Shown here: positions 18,335-26,421 of the stretch, piece by piece | How positions within the stretch are numbered: the first letter of the stretch is position 1 | How the letters are laid out: each line of letters opens with the position of its first letter | IMG/VR virus record: IMGVR_UViG_3300012943_000022 | Coordinates: 1 to 32,466 of that record | DNA: 32,466 bases | DNA from: a virus | Lineage: Duplodnaviria > Caudoviricetes | Strand: one strand, 5' to 3' | Translations under genes and position numbers: made by a program | Notes under the pieces: generated by a model | Seen by the model: only the letters and a program-made list of their open reading frames with translations | The model's database searches: none | What the model was told of the DNA's origin: nothing

Positions 18335-18788
18335 TGAGCGTCACTATCCTCTGGGTGTATTTCTCGTTGAGGTTCAGCGGGTTCTTGATCCTGAACCCCA
18401 CGTGGCTCTTGGACGCGCTGTCGGGGCAATCGACCTCCCACCTGCGCGTGCCGAACCTGTAGTCCTGCGGGTCCGAGCCGTCGTCCAGGAACTTCCTGAG
18501 AGTGCTGAACTTGTAGAGCACCGCGCTGCTGAGGCCCTGGTACTGCTTGAGGTACGAGAAGATCTCGCCCATCACGTCCGCGATGATCAGGGACCCCTCC
18601 TTGCCCGTCTCACGGTACTGCATCGGGGTGGCGAGGTAAGTGTCCCCTCGGAACGAGAGGTTGCCCCCGTCCTCCTTGGTCTTCGGGGTGAGGTAGATCA
18701 CGCCCTCGCCGAAGCCGGACGCGTCCAACTGGAAGAGATCGACGCGCGTGTCGATGATGCTCTTGACGAACTCCTGGGCCAAACTCAT
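18300..18788 (-). CDS. Minor tail protein (lambda L-like, short)
   Basis: VDLFQLDASGFG...FRGDTYLATP...TLRKFLD; lies between M and K. Confidence 0.75.
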   Translation of the reverse strand: MSLAQEFVKSIIDTRVDLFQLDASGFGEGVIYLTPKTKEDGGNLSFRGDTYLATPMQYRETGKEGSLIIADVMGEIFSYLKQYQGLSSAVLYKFSTLRKFLDDGSDPQDYRFGTRRWEVDCPDSASKSHVGFRIKNPLNLNEKYTQRIVTLNEFPAAGRVRG

Positions 18789-18792
18789 GACA

Positions 18793-19128
18793 TCACCCGT
18801 ACCATATGTCCAACTGGCATGACACGATCGTCGTGTTCGCCTTGGTGTTCGAGGACCATCCCTCGATCATCCACTTCGTCTCGGTCCCGCTCGGAGGGGT
18901 CCATGTGAAGTAGTCCGCACCGGCGGCCGCGTCGAGGGCCGCGGCGAACGTGGCGAAGCCGGCGTTGTCCATGGCAATCTTCACGTTCCAGGACTGGATC
19001 TTGTTGTTGATGCCGTCCCTCATGCGCTGGCTGTTGCCGTCGCCGTACTCGACCTTCACGATCCGGTAGTTTGTGTTCGGGGTGCTGCCGTCGAGCACGG
19101 TCCCGTAGTCAGATAGTTCGTACGGCAT
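18793..19128 (-). CDS. Distal tail protein (lambda M-like)
   Basis: VEYGDGNSQRMRDGINN...FTWTPP signature. Confidence 0.88.
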   Translation of the reverse strand: MPYELSDYGTVLDGSTPNTNYRIVKVEYGDGNSQRMRDGINNKIQSWNVKIAMDNAGFATFAAALDAAAGADYFTWTPPSGTETKWMIEGWSSNTKANTTIVSCQLDIWYG

Positions 19129-20912
19129 TACGCGTACCTCGCCTGGTATGACTGCATGTTGATGAACTCGTTGCGGATCATCTCGAGGGTCTCGTTCTGG
19201 AGTTGGACCGCGCGAGCGTTGCTATCCACCGAGCCGATCTGCAGGGTGATGACCGGCGAGAACGCGGCCCCGGGCATGCCCGTCTGGATGGATCCGTTGC
19301 TCGGCGGGACGAAGAGTTCCGGGCCTCTCTCGCCGACGAGGATCGGCCTCCCGCCCTGGACCGGTCCGCCGAGGGCCTTGGCCCCTGCGACGGCCCCGCC
19401 ACCGAAGCCGCCTGCGAGGCCTCCGCCGATCCAGGACACGAACTTCGCGATCTGCTGGTTCAGGACCATCTCGAGGATCATCTTCATGATGCTGGTGACG
19501 AGGGACTTGAAGGACAACTTGCCCGTCTCGACGAACTTGACGATCGCGTCGGCCATCGAACTCGTGGCCCGCTTCATCGCGTCCATCATGATCTCGCCCG
19601 TCGTCTGGGCCTGCTTGCCCACGTCCTGCATCGCCATGCCGAGTTCCTCGTACCACGTAGGGAGGTCGATCGAGACCTCCGGGACGAGGATCTCAGGGAT
19701 CGACGGCTTCTCCATGAGGGCCTCGACCTGGTCGTTCAGTCCCTGCACGAGTTTCTCGTACGCCTCGGCCTCCTCAATGCTCTCTCCCTCGCCCGTGCCA
19801 CCTGGGAGGGACGTGCCCTTCAGCAGGTGGCTCTTGTAGATCGGGTCCTGGCGGTCCCACGCGTCGCGCGAGCCCATCCAGCCCTTGTCCTGGGCCTGCT
19901 CGAACTCCTTCTGGAGCGCGTCTGCCATCTGCTTGCGCTTCTGGGCCTCCTCTTCGGCCGCCTTGGCCGCCTCGTCCTGGGCCTTCTTGTACTGCGCCTG
20001 CACCCGGTCCATCTCGACCGGGGATGGGATGTTGGCGAGGCGCTGGGCTCGCGTCGCGGCGAGCGGGTCCGCTCGCCTGGTCTCGAGTTCCGACGGGCCG
20101 TAGATCGGATTGTCGTAGTAGTCCCTCCCGCTCACCGTCGGCTTCGAGATGGACTTCATGGTCTCGTCGTAGTACCTCGCCGCGTCGAGCGGGGTAAGGC
20201 CCATGAAGGTCAGGACGCGCGTCGCGTTGTCCTTGTCGAGCCACGCGATGGTGTTGCTGCGCGCGTCCTCCATCTGCTCCTCGAGTTCCTTCACGGACTG
20301 GTCCGTCATCGGACCCTTGTAACCGGACCCTGTTGCGGTGGAGATCGCGTTCTGCGCGGCGAACGCGGCGTTGTCTGGCATGCCGAGGCCGAGGCGCAGG
20401 CCGAGCATCTTGTTCATGGTGCTCTGCGCGAACTTGTTGGAGGCGGTCTCCATCTCCTTGGAGAACTTGGATGCCTCGCCGGTCATGGAGACGAGCACGC
20501 CGAGCGCGGCTGTCAGCCCGCCGACTATCATGCCCATCGGCCCGCCCGGGGACCCCGCGAGCACGCCGCCCACGATGGTGCCGAAGCCCTGGGCCAACTT
20601 GCCCGTCTCGGTGGTCGCGTCCATCATCTGGGAGGTGATGATGGTGAGCACGCCGGACGCGCTGGTGAGGCCCTGGCGCAGGATGCTGAGGTTCTTGGAC
20701 GTGTCCTGGCCGAACTTGTTCCACTTGGTGGTGGCCTCCTGGCCCTTCTCGCCCGCCTCCTCGAACTTGTCGCCCGTCTGCTGCATCTCGGAGCCGGCAT
20801 CCTTCATGGACTTCTGGAGTTTGTCTGCCTCCTCATGGACGAGGCGCATCTGCTCCTTGACGAAGTCCGAGCCCTCGACCTTCAACTTGTACGTGTGGTT
20901 GATCTCAGCCAT
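19128..20912 (-). CDS. Tail tape measure protein (594 aa)
   Basis: Helical Ala/Gly-rich; FVETGKLSFKSLV and ALGGPVQGGRPILVGERGPELFVP C-terminal motifs. Confidence 0.9.
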   Translation of the reverse strand: MAEINHTYKLKVEGSDFVKEQMRLVHEEADKLQKSMKDAGSEMQQTGDKFEEAGEKGQEATTKWNKFGQDTSKNLSILRQGLTSASGVLTIITSQMMDATTETGKLAQGFGTIVGGVLAGSPGGPMGMIVGGLTAALGVLVSMTGEASKFSKEMETASNKFAQSTMNKMLGLRLGLGMPDNAAFAAQNAISTATGSGYKGPMTDQSVKELEEQMEDARSNTIAWLDKDNATRVLTFMGLTPLDAARYYDETMKSISKPTVSGRDYYDNPIYGPSELETRRADPLAATRAQRLANIPSPVEMDRVQAQYKKAQDEAAKAAEEEAQKRKQMADALQKEFEQAQDKGWMGSRDAWDRQDPIYKSHLLKGTSLPGGTGEGESIEEAEAYEKLVQGLNDQVEALMEKPSIPEILVPEVSIDLPTWYEELGMAMQDVGKQAQTTGEIMMDAMKRATSSMADAIVKFVETGKLSFKSLVTSIMKMILEMVLNQQIAKFVSWIGGGLAGGFGGGAVAGAKALGGPVQGGRPILVGERGPELFVPPSNGSIQTGMPGAAFSPVITLQIGSVDSNARAVQLQNETLEMIRNEFINMQSYQARYA

Positions 20913-21228
20913 CTTGCGGTTCCCTAAGTTCTGACGAAGCGGCGATGTACGCCGCGTCCATCCCCATGAGGATATTTATGAAGTCCGTGTGCATCTCGTC
21001 GTGCCAAAGGACCTGGTAGGCCACGTACTCGCTTAGGGGGATCGGCGTCGGCCCCCCCATGCCCCAGTTCCTGCACCCGCACAGGAACGAGAACGCGTCG
21101 AGGAAGAGATCGTCGATCTCGTCCCTCTCGGCCTGGGCCACCCCAGACAGGCGCTGTATGTCCCGGACCGTCAGTTTGGACTTGCCTGCCTTAGCCACGC
21201 GGGAGCCCAGGACCTCGTCCCGGACCAT
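20905..21228 (-). CDS. Tail assembly chaperone, T portion (probably reached by frameshift)
   Basis: RNWGMGGPTPIPLSEYVAY motif; between chaperone G and the tape measure; frame is open back to the T6 run. Confidence 0.7.
   Translation of the reverse strand: MVRDEVLGSRVAKAGKSKLTVRDIQRLSGVAQAERDEIDDLFLDAFSFLCGCRNWGMGGPTPIPLSEYVAYQVLWHDEMHTDFINILMGMDAAYIAASSELREPQDG
20973..20978 (-). promoter_or_regulatory. TAAATA promoter core (intragenic) upstream of the tape measure
   Basis: cATAAATAt, 61 nt upstream of ATG 20912. Confidence 0.55.
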
Positions 21229-21241
21229 CCCCCGCCAGCGC

Positions 21242-21574
21242 TCAGTCCTGCTTGCGAAAAAAGTTGTTCCTGTCCCTGATGACGGACATGATGTCCTCGA
21301 CGGCCCACTCGTTCTTCACGTCCAGGAAGGTCTCGCGAACGTTCTCCGGGGTGAAGGACTGCTCCATCGCGACCTCGTCCCAGCCGCGGATCATGGCGAC
21401 GATGACATCCACCAGGAGGTTCTTGTCCTCCGGCTTCTTGTGGAAGCGCTCCATCTTGTCCCTGACGAGGTTGTCCTGGGGTCCCGCCAGGCGGAACACG
21501 ATGCCGGTCTTCCCGGACGTGGGGTGTGTGAGTTCGTGGTCGATGACCTGCGCTGCGAGTTCTCTGAACTTCAT
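21242..21574 (-). CDS. Tail assembly chaperone G
   Basis: ELTHPTSGKTG...IRGWD...FTPENVRE...DRNNFF; position before the tape measure. Confidence 0.8.
   Translation of the reverse strand: MKFRELAAQVIDHELTHPTSGKTGIVFRLAGPQDNLVRDKMERFHKKPEDKNLLVDVIVAMIRGWDEVAMEQSFTPENVRETFLDVKNEWAVEDIMSVIRDRNNFFRKQD
21257..21262 (-). other. Candidate programmed frameshift site AAC-UUU-UUU-C
   Basis: T6 run near the end of chaperone G; the +1 (=-2) frame continues into 20905-21228. Confidence 0.55.
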
Positions 21575-21843
21575 GGTGCGTTCTCCTTTGCTATCTTGCG
21601 ATCCGTGATGGACCTGTATCTCTCTATGTCGGACGCGCTGAGCGCGTCGTCCTTGAACTGGGACTGGGGCACGACCACGTACCCGTTGGCGAACGAGTGC
21701 TCCTCCTCGAAGTACTGCCAGCCGGACTGGGGCAGGACCGAGGTCAGATAGTCGATGCGTGGTGTTGGGTCGTACGGGACGGCCTGAGGGGCCACCGTGC
21801 GCTCGGCGATCGCGAGCGGGATCGAGATGATGTCTGCTGCCAC
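21571..21843 (-). CDS. Hypothetical protein
   Basis: AGGAG RBS, GTG start, ATGA overlap with chaperone G. Confidence 0.65.
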   Translation of the reverse strand: MAADIISIPLAIAERTVAPQAVPYDPTPRIDYLTSVLPQSGWQYFEEEHSFANGYVVVPQSQFKDDALSASDIERYRSITDRKIAKENAP

Positions 21844-21870
21844 TTGGGCTCTCCTATTATTCTAATTGGT

Positions 21871-21899
21871 GGGCAGGGAGAGCGCATCTCCCCTACCCC
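21871..21899 (-). terminator. GC-rich hairpin in the 21844-21927 intergenic region
   Basis: GGGCAGGGAGA / TCTCCCCTACCC imperfect stem; weak U-tail, so terminator function is uncertain. Confidence 0.35.
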
Positions 21900-21924
21900 G
21901 ACCGGCTAAGGTCGTATTCGAATG

Positions 21925-21930
21925 TATTTA
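21925..21930 (-). promoter_or_regulatory. TAAATA promoter core overlapping the TAA stop of 21928-22323
   Basis: tGTAAATAc. Confidence 0.55.
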
Positions 21931-22323
21931 CACCACGGTCCGTTCCCCAGAGAGGATCTGCTGGAGGCGCGCGTCGAGCCACGCCGCTGGGCCGATGAGC
22001 CCGTCGGGACGTGCCTGCGTGGGCATGCCGGTGATGCCGTTCGGGGCCTGGAACGACCCGCCCCACACGCCGTTGGACTTGATGTGCCTTCCCTCCTCGA
22101 GTACCCCGATGTACGGGACGAGGTTCTGGAGCACGCCACCGTCGCTGTCGAGGATCAGGTCCCAGCCCTCCATCGCGGTCCCCGCGTGGTGGCCCTTCGC
22201 GTCCTTGCCGTACGGCGTGGCGACGATGACCTGCTGCTGGAACTCCCGGAGTTCCTTGGATATGTCGAAGGACGAGAGGTCCGGCCCCTCATCCACCTCG
22301 ACCTCTATGCCCCAGTCGGCCAT
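21928..22323 (-). CDS. HK97 gp10-like neck/tail-completion protein
   Basis: VIVATP...GTAMEGW...QNLVPYIGVLEEG...SFQAPNG; start reassigned to ATG 22323. Confidence 0.7.
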   Translation of the reverse strand: MADWGIEVEVDEGPDLSSFDISKELREFQQQVIVATPYGKDAKGHHAGTAMEGWDLILDSDGGVLQNLVPYIGVLEEGRHIKSNGVWGGSFQAPNGITGMPTQARPDGLIGPAAWLDARLQQILSGERTVV

Positions 22324-23228
22324 TACGCCGAGCGGGTGATCTTCGTGACGAACCCGTCCTTGAGGGCGTGCCAGTCGATGGTCGCCATGATCTGGCCAGA
22401 GCCGCCGCCGTTCGGGATGCGCGCGGAGTTGAACTTGACGCGGGGCCACTCGAACTTCATGGTGTTGGTGCCGTCCGTCAGGGTGATCTCGATCTCCGTC
22501 TCGGCCTCGTTCTTGAACACGTTGTACTCGGCGAGGGAGGTGAAGTAGGACACGAGGGTGCCAGACGCGTTGAACTCGCCCAGCGGGGCCGCGAAGCCGG
22601 CAGGGGAGCCGATGCCGCGCAGCATCTCGATGTTGTTGCCGTACTCCCAGGTGAGGGACGTGCCGGTGGCGATCGTGGATCCGCCGACCTTCAGGGCCGA
22701 GCCGATGTGGGTGAATGGCACGAAGTCGCCATAGGCCGCGATGGACGCGTCCGGCGGGCTCGTGTCCTCATCCACGGACGCGCCGATCACGTCGAAGGAG
22801 ACGGACACGATGCCGCGGTTATTGACGGCGTACGAGGTGCGGTTGATGGCGCAGCCGGAGAACACGAAGTGCTGGGGCGTGTCGAGGCCGAGGAACCCGC
22901 GGTGGATCGCGAAGTACTGGGCCACGTCGCCGTTCTGCAGCACGTTGGCTGTCCAGGTCCCGCCCACGGAGGCCGCGATGAAGTCGTCCCAGTAGGAGTG
23001 GCCCAGTTCGCCCTGGATCGTGCCGGAGATGTCGTAGTTGCCGTGCCTGGACCAGTTCTCGGAGCGATCGCTCGAGAGCACTGCGCTGTCGATGATCTCC
23101 TTGTTCAACTGGAGCGAGTTATTGACCTTCGGGATCTCCGTGAAGTTCGCCGGGCTGCCGAGCGTTCCGAAGGAGACCTCCGGGCAGTACGATGTGATCT
23201 CGCGGTTGTTTGACTGGACCTGTGCCAT
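22323..23228 (-). CDS. Major tail tube protein
   Basis: 301 aa; YCPEVSFGT, IDSAVLSSDR, FSGCAIN, ASGTLVSYF pattern of siphophage tube proteins; GAGG RBS. Confidence 0.85.
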   Translation of the reverse strand: MAQVQSNNREITSYCPEVSFGTLGSPANFTEIPKVNNSLQLNKEIIDSAVLSSDRSENWSRHGNYDISGTIQGELGHSYWDDFIAASVGGTWTANVLQNGDVAQYFAIHRGFLGLDTPQHFVFSGCAINRTSYAVNNRGIVSVSFDVIGASVDEDTSPPDASIAAYGDFVPFTHIGSALKVGGSTIATGTSLTWEYGNNIEMLRGIGSPAGFAAPLGEFNASGTLVSYFTSLAEYNVFKNEAETEIEITLTDGTNTMKFEWPRVKFNSARIPNGGGSGQIMATIDWHALKDGFVTKITRSA

Positions 23229-23254
23229 TTGGAATTACCTCTTCAGTATGTGGG

Positions 23255-23260
23255 TATTTA
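23255..23260 (-). promoter_or_regulatory. TAAATA promoter core for the tail tube gene
   Basis: cATAAATAc overlapping the stop of 23258-23653, 27 nt upstream of ATG 23228. Confidence 0.7.
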
Positions 23261-23653
23261 TGCCTCGAAGGCGATGTACCCGGTGTCTATGGGGGCCATC
23301 ACCCAGGCCTGGCCCGTGATGATCTGACCCTGGTTTGAGTTCTCGATGTATAGCCGCGCCCCGCCGCCCATGTCCTCGATGGTCTGCTCCAGTCCGCCGG
23401 AGATCAGGCCGCAGATGCGGTCCAGTTCCTCGGATCCCCTGGCCGCCGGGTAGAAGACCTCGACGTGGTAGTTGCCGGACCAGCGCTTGAGGCCGAACCC
23501 GGCCTTCTCGGTGGCCCTGTTGTCGAGCACGGTCCTGAGCCACGGCTGGCCCGCCTTGGTCTCGTAGCGCTGGCCCTCGACGACCACGTCGATGTCCTCG
23601 TCCTCGAGGATTGCCTGGACCAGAGTGTTGAACCTGCCCCTGATGTCGATCAC
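23258..23653 (-). CDS. Tail terminator-like protein
   Basis: PWLRTVL...GNYHVEVFYPAARGS; immediately upstream of the tube gene. Confidence 0.7.
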   Translation of the reverse strand: MIDIRGRFNTLVQAILEDEDIDVVVEGQRYETKAGQPWLRTVLDNRATEKAGFGLKRWSGNYHVEVFYPAARGSEELDRICGLISGGLEQTIEDMGGGARLYIENSNQGQIITGQAWVMAPIDTGYIAFEA

Positions 23654-23967
23654 TGGTTGATCCCCAGCGCGTAGTAGATGGCCCCGGTCAGGTCGGGGTC
23701 CTCGAACTTGACGGACGCGATGTTGAACCTGCGCTTCTGCGGGCCAACCACGAGGTAGTCATTGACCTTCGGCTCCCGAGAAGTGGGGGTGATGTACGCG
23801 GTGTGAGAGTGGTGGATGACCCCGTCCTGGCCCGCCTTGTCGTTCGGCGTGATGGTGCAGGTGCATTCGCTGCGCTTCCCGTCCGCGTGCTCCACGACCG
23901 CGGACGCGCCGTTCGCGTGTATCAGCCGGATCGCGGCCCTCTTGAGTTTCCTGGCGAGGCGGGACAT
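23650..23967 (-). CDS. Head closure / head-tail joining protein
   Basis: Start reassigned to 23967 (MSRLARKL); AIRLIHANG...EPKVNDYL...AIYY; synteny. Confidence 0.65.
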   Translation of the reverse strand: MSRLARKLKRAAIRLIHANGASAVVEHADGKRSECTCTITPNDKAGQDGVIHHSHTAYITPTSREPKVNDYLVVGPQKRRFNIASVKFEDPDLTGAIYYALGINQ

Positions 23968-24413
23968 CAGGCCCCCCTGGACTGCGTGAGCCCGCCCGTG
24001 CCCTCGACGAAGATCGGGGATAGGATCATCTGGATGTAGGAGAGGTCGCCGAGGTCCTGGTGGCCCGACGACTTGTAGGTGTATGACGCGCTGAGGGAGC
24101 CGATGCTCTCGGTGCTCTGAACCACGGCGCCCGAGGACTGCTCGCGCACGTCGTAGTCGTCGTATATGAGGGAGGCCATCTCGACCGTCGCCTCCTGCAG
24201 TTCCGCGGGGATCTCGTCCGCGTCGTAGTCGGCGAGGAGCGATCCCCACCTGCGATCGATGAACTTGGTGGCCTGGATGAGGAGTTTCTCGAGTTCGGGC
24301 CACGCCTCCGGCGATCCGCCGTCGCCCTCGGTGGGCAGGTCTATGTCGTACGTGTCCGCGTACTCTATGGCGAACTCGACGGTGCAGTAAGAATTGACTC
24401 CCAACTCGATCAT
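23967..24413 (-). CDS. Head-tail adaptor (DnaT-like annotated family)
   Basis: NSYCTVEFA...LIQATKFID...IPAELQEATVEMA...ESIGSLSASY; follows the capsid gene. Confidence 0.75.
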   Translation of the reverse strand: MIELGVNSYCTVEFAIEYADTYDIDLPTEGDGGSPEAWPELEKLLIQATKFIDRRWGSLLADYDADEIPAELQEATVEMASLIYDDYDVREQSSGAVVQSTESIGSLSASYTYKSSGHQDLGDLSYIQMILSPIFVEGTGGLTQSRGA

Positions 24414-24435
24414 GGCGGACCTCCAGCGTACCTGG

Positions 24436-24441
24436 TATTTA
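24436..24441 (-). promoter_or_regulatory. TAAATA promoter core restarting transcription after the capsid terminator
   Basis: cATAAATAc, 23 nt upstream of ATG 24413. Confidence 0.7.
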
Positions 24442-24449
24442 TGTGAGAA

Positions 24450-24479
24450 GGGGGACGCCCTCTTGCGAGTTCGTCCCCC
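24450..24479 (-). terminator. Intrinsic terminator after the major capsid gene
   Basis: GGGGGACGAACTC-GCAA-GAGGGCGTCCCCC followed by TTCT on the minus strand. Confidence 0.7.
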
Positions 24480-24507
24480 AGTTCCTCTCAGAGGATGTCG
24501 AGGTCAA

Positions 24508-25371
24508 TTAGACCGGGACATCTACCGCGGCGACGGAGCGCACGCTGTGGATGGCGATGACCGCGTCCAGCGTGACCAGGGCCGTCCAGGCATCCTTGCC
24601 CTTCTCGACCGGGATCTCGGCGAACGTGAAGCGGCCGCTCTCCGGCTCGATCGCGACCGTTCCGGAGGTCTCGTCGGCCACGATCGCGTAGAGGCGGTTC
24701 GTGTCCGGGGAGGCATCCACGGTCGAGATGAAGTCGTTGCGGACGAACGGCATGCCGTCGTACGCCAGGAAGTACTGGCCGTTCAGTTCGACGGTCGTGA
24801 CGCCGCCGGAGGTGCGCATCTTGGCCTTGATCTGGTTCTCGACGTACGCGTTGCCCATCAGGAACACGTTCTGCTTCTGGTACAACTTGGCGGATACCGC
24901 GTCGATCGAGGCGAGGATCTCGCCGGAGACGTTTGCGGCAACCTGGCCCGAGTTGGCGGACAGGAAGGTGTTCAGGGTGGAGACGATGGCCGCCTGGAAG
25001 GAGTACGTGGCCTGCTTGGCGCCGGCCGCGATGGCGATGTCCTTCTTGTTGGCCGCACCCTGCGCGCCCGCAGAGCGGAGGTCGCGGTTCGGGATGCTGT
25101 GCGTGCCGGAGTACGAGACGAACGGCGCAGCGATCTGCGTGCTCGTGATCGCGGTCCCGGCGGTGATCGTGCCGTCGGCCGCAACCACCGCGCCAGCGCC
25201 GATGTCGGACAGGCGGTTGTAGGTGTAGGCGGAGCCGGCGGAGGTGATCCACGGCAGGAAGGCGTCGAGGCCCGGTGCGACCTTGGTGTAGAGGTCGATC
25301 AACTGCGTCTGCAGGTCTGCAGGTACGTACTTGGCGCTCTCTGAAGTGCTGAAATCTACGAATGTAGCCAT
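24508..25371 (-). CDS. Major capsid protein (putative)
   Basis: 287 aa; follows the scaffold; strong GAGG RBS; terminator downstream; AYTYNRL and YDGMPFVRNDFI motifs. Confidence 0.75.
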   Translation of the reverse strand: MATFVDFSTSESAKYVPADLQTQLIDLYTKVAPGLDAFLPWITSAGSAYTYNRLSDIGAGAVVAADGTITAGTAITSTQIAAPFVSYSGTHSIPNRDLRSAGAQGAANKKDIAIAAGAKQATYSFQAAIVSTLNTFLSANSGQVAANVSGEILASIDAVSAKLYQKQNVFLMGNAYVENQIKAKMRTSGGVTTVELNGQYFLAYDGMPFVRNDFISTVDASPDTNRLYAIVADETSGTVAIEPESGRFTFAEIPVEKGKDAWTALVTLDAVIAIHSVRSVAAVDVPV

Positions 25372-25394
25372 TTGGATTTACCTCTGTTGGGTCG

Positions 25395-26057
25395 TCAGAC
25401 CTTGTTCTTGAAGAAACTGATGGATCCTGACTTTCTCTCGGACCCTGGTGTATTTATGCTCAGTCCCTGGCCGCCGCCCCTCTTCTGGGACAGTCCGGGG
25501 CCCGTGGTGGGCTTCACGAAGTGGGGGGCCTTCTTGAGGACCTCTGCGAGCCACGCGGACACGGTCAGGGGGTTGCCCTTGCCGTCCTTCTTGTCCCCCT
25601 TGGCCACGACCTTGCCCTCGTCATCCACGTCGAACTCCGCGGATGCGCGGACCATGAGGTCGTCGTACGCGCTGTCATAGACCCCGAGTTCGGAGCCGGC
25701 CGCGCGCAGCGTGCCCCCGAGGAAGTACTTGGCGGTCGTGCCGCGCAACTTCTCGTTCTGCTGCTTGATGGTGGTGGTCTCGCCCTCGTGGGTCTCCTGC
25801 ATCCTCTTGATGACCTCCTCGGACTTGGCCCGGGCCATCTCGTCGATCTTCTTCTGGAGCCCGTCAGGGGTCAGTTCGGTGGCCCCGCCGAGGAACTTGC
25901 TGAACGCGCCGAGGGTCTCGTTGCTCTTCAGCAGGTTGGTGTTGGTGGTGCGGAACTCATCGACCTTGGTCTTGAGTTCGCTGTAGGCCTTGTCGTCGTG
26001 GAGCACGCCCTCGTGCTTGACGAACTCGCCCTTGTCGTTCTGTACGTAGTAATCCAT
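25395..26057 (-). CDS. Capsid scaffolding protein
   Basis: Charged coiled coil KVDEFRTTN...; GNPLTVSAWL...APHFVKPTTGPG C-terminus typical of scaffolds. Confidence 0.75.
   Translation of the reverse strand: MDYYVQNDKGEFVKHEGVLHDDKAYSELKTKVDEFRTTNTNLLKSNETLGAFSKFLGGATELTPDGLQKKIDEMARAKSEEVIKRMQETHEGETTTIKQQNEKLRGTTAKYFLGGTLRAAGSELGVYDSAYDDLMVRASAEFDVDDEGKVVAKGDKKDGKGNPLTVSAWLAEVLKKAPHFVKPTTGPGLSQKRGGGQGLSINTPGSERKSGSISFFKNKV
25451..25456 (-). promoter_or_regulatory. TAAATA promoter core (intragenic) for the capsid gene
   Basis: cATAAATAc, 80 nt upstream of ATG 25371. Confidence 0.65.
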
Positions 26058-26106
26058 GGTCTGTACCTCCGGTACTTCAGTTGGCCCTCTGGGCCGGTTG
26101 TGAAAC

Positions 26107-26112
26107 TATTTA
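26107..26112 (-). promoter_or_regulatory. TAAATA promoter core for the scaffold gene
   Basis: aCTAAATAg overlapping the stop of 26110-26421. Confidence 0.6.
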
Positions 26113-26421
26113 GTAGTCGAACTCGATCTCCGCCTCGACGTACTGCAGCCCGAGGGACCTCAGGGACCTCTGGACCGAGCGCATCAGCGCGGCCTCGTCG
26201 AAGTAGCCGAGCCCTATAACGTAGGACGCGTACTCCGCGGAGTTGTGGGCCACGAGTTCGTCCCCGACGAAACCCACGTCCCAACTGTCGGCGAAGTGGC
26301 CCGTGTCGAACGGGCTCCCGTCGATGCAGTCCTGCCAGGCCCACGCCGCGATCACATCCCTGTCCGACGGGAGGAGGTCCTCCGCGAGGTCGAAGGACAC
26401 GGTCAGGTTCGCGTCGCTCAC
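26110..26421 (-). CDS. Second HK97 gp10-like morphogenesis protein
   Basis: SPFDTGHFADSW...HNSAEYASYV resembles the PVDTG.L..SW...N..EYA.YV motif. Confidence 0.6.
   Translation of the reverse strand: MSDANLTVSFDLAEDLLPSDRDVIAAWAWQDCIDGSPFDTGHFADSWDVGFVGDELVAHNSAEYASYVIGLGYFDEAALMRSVQRSLRSLGLQYVEAEIEFDY

Noticed and set aside
21242-21270. Canonical -1 frameshift in the tail chaperone
   Set aside because: The -1 frame stops after about 30 codons and does not reach the T ORF.
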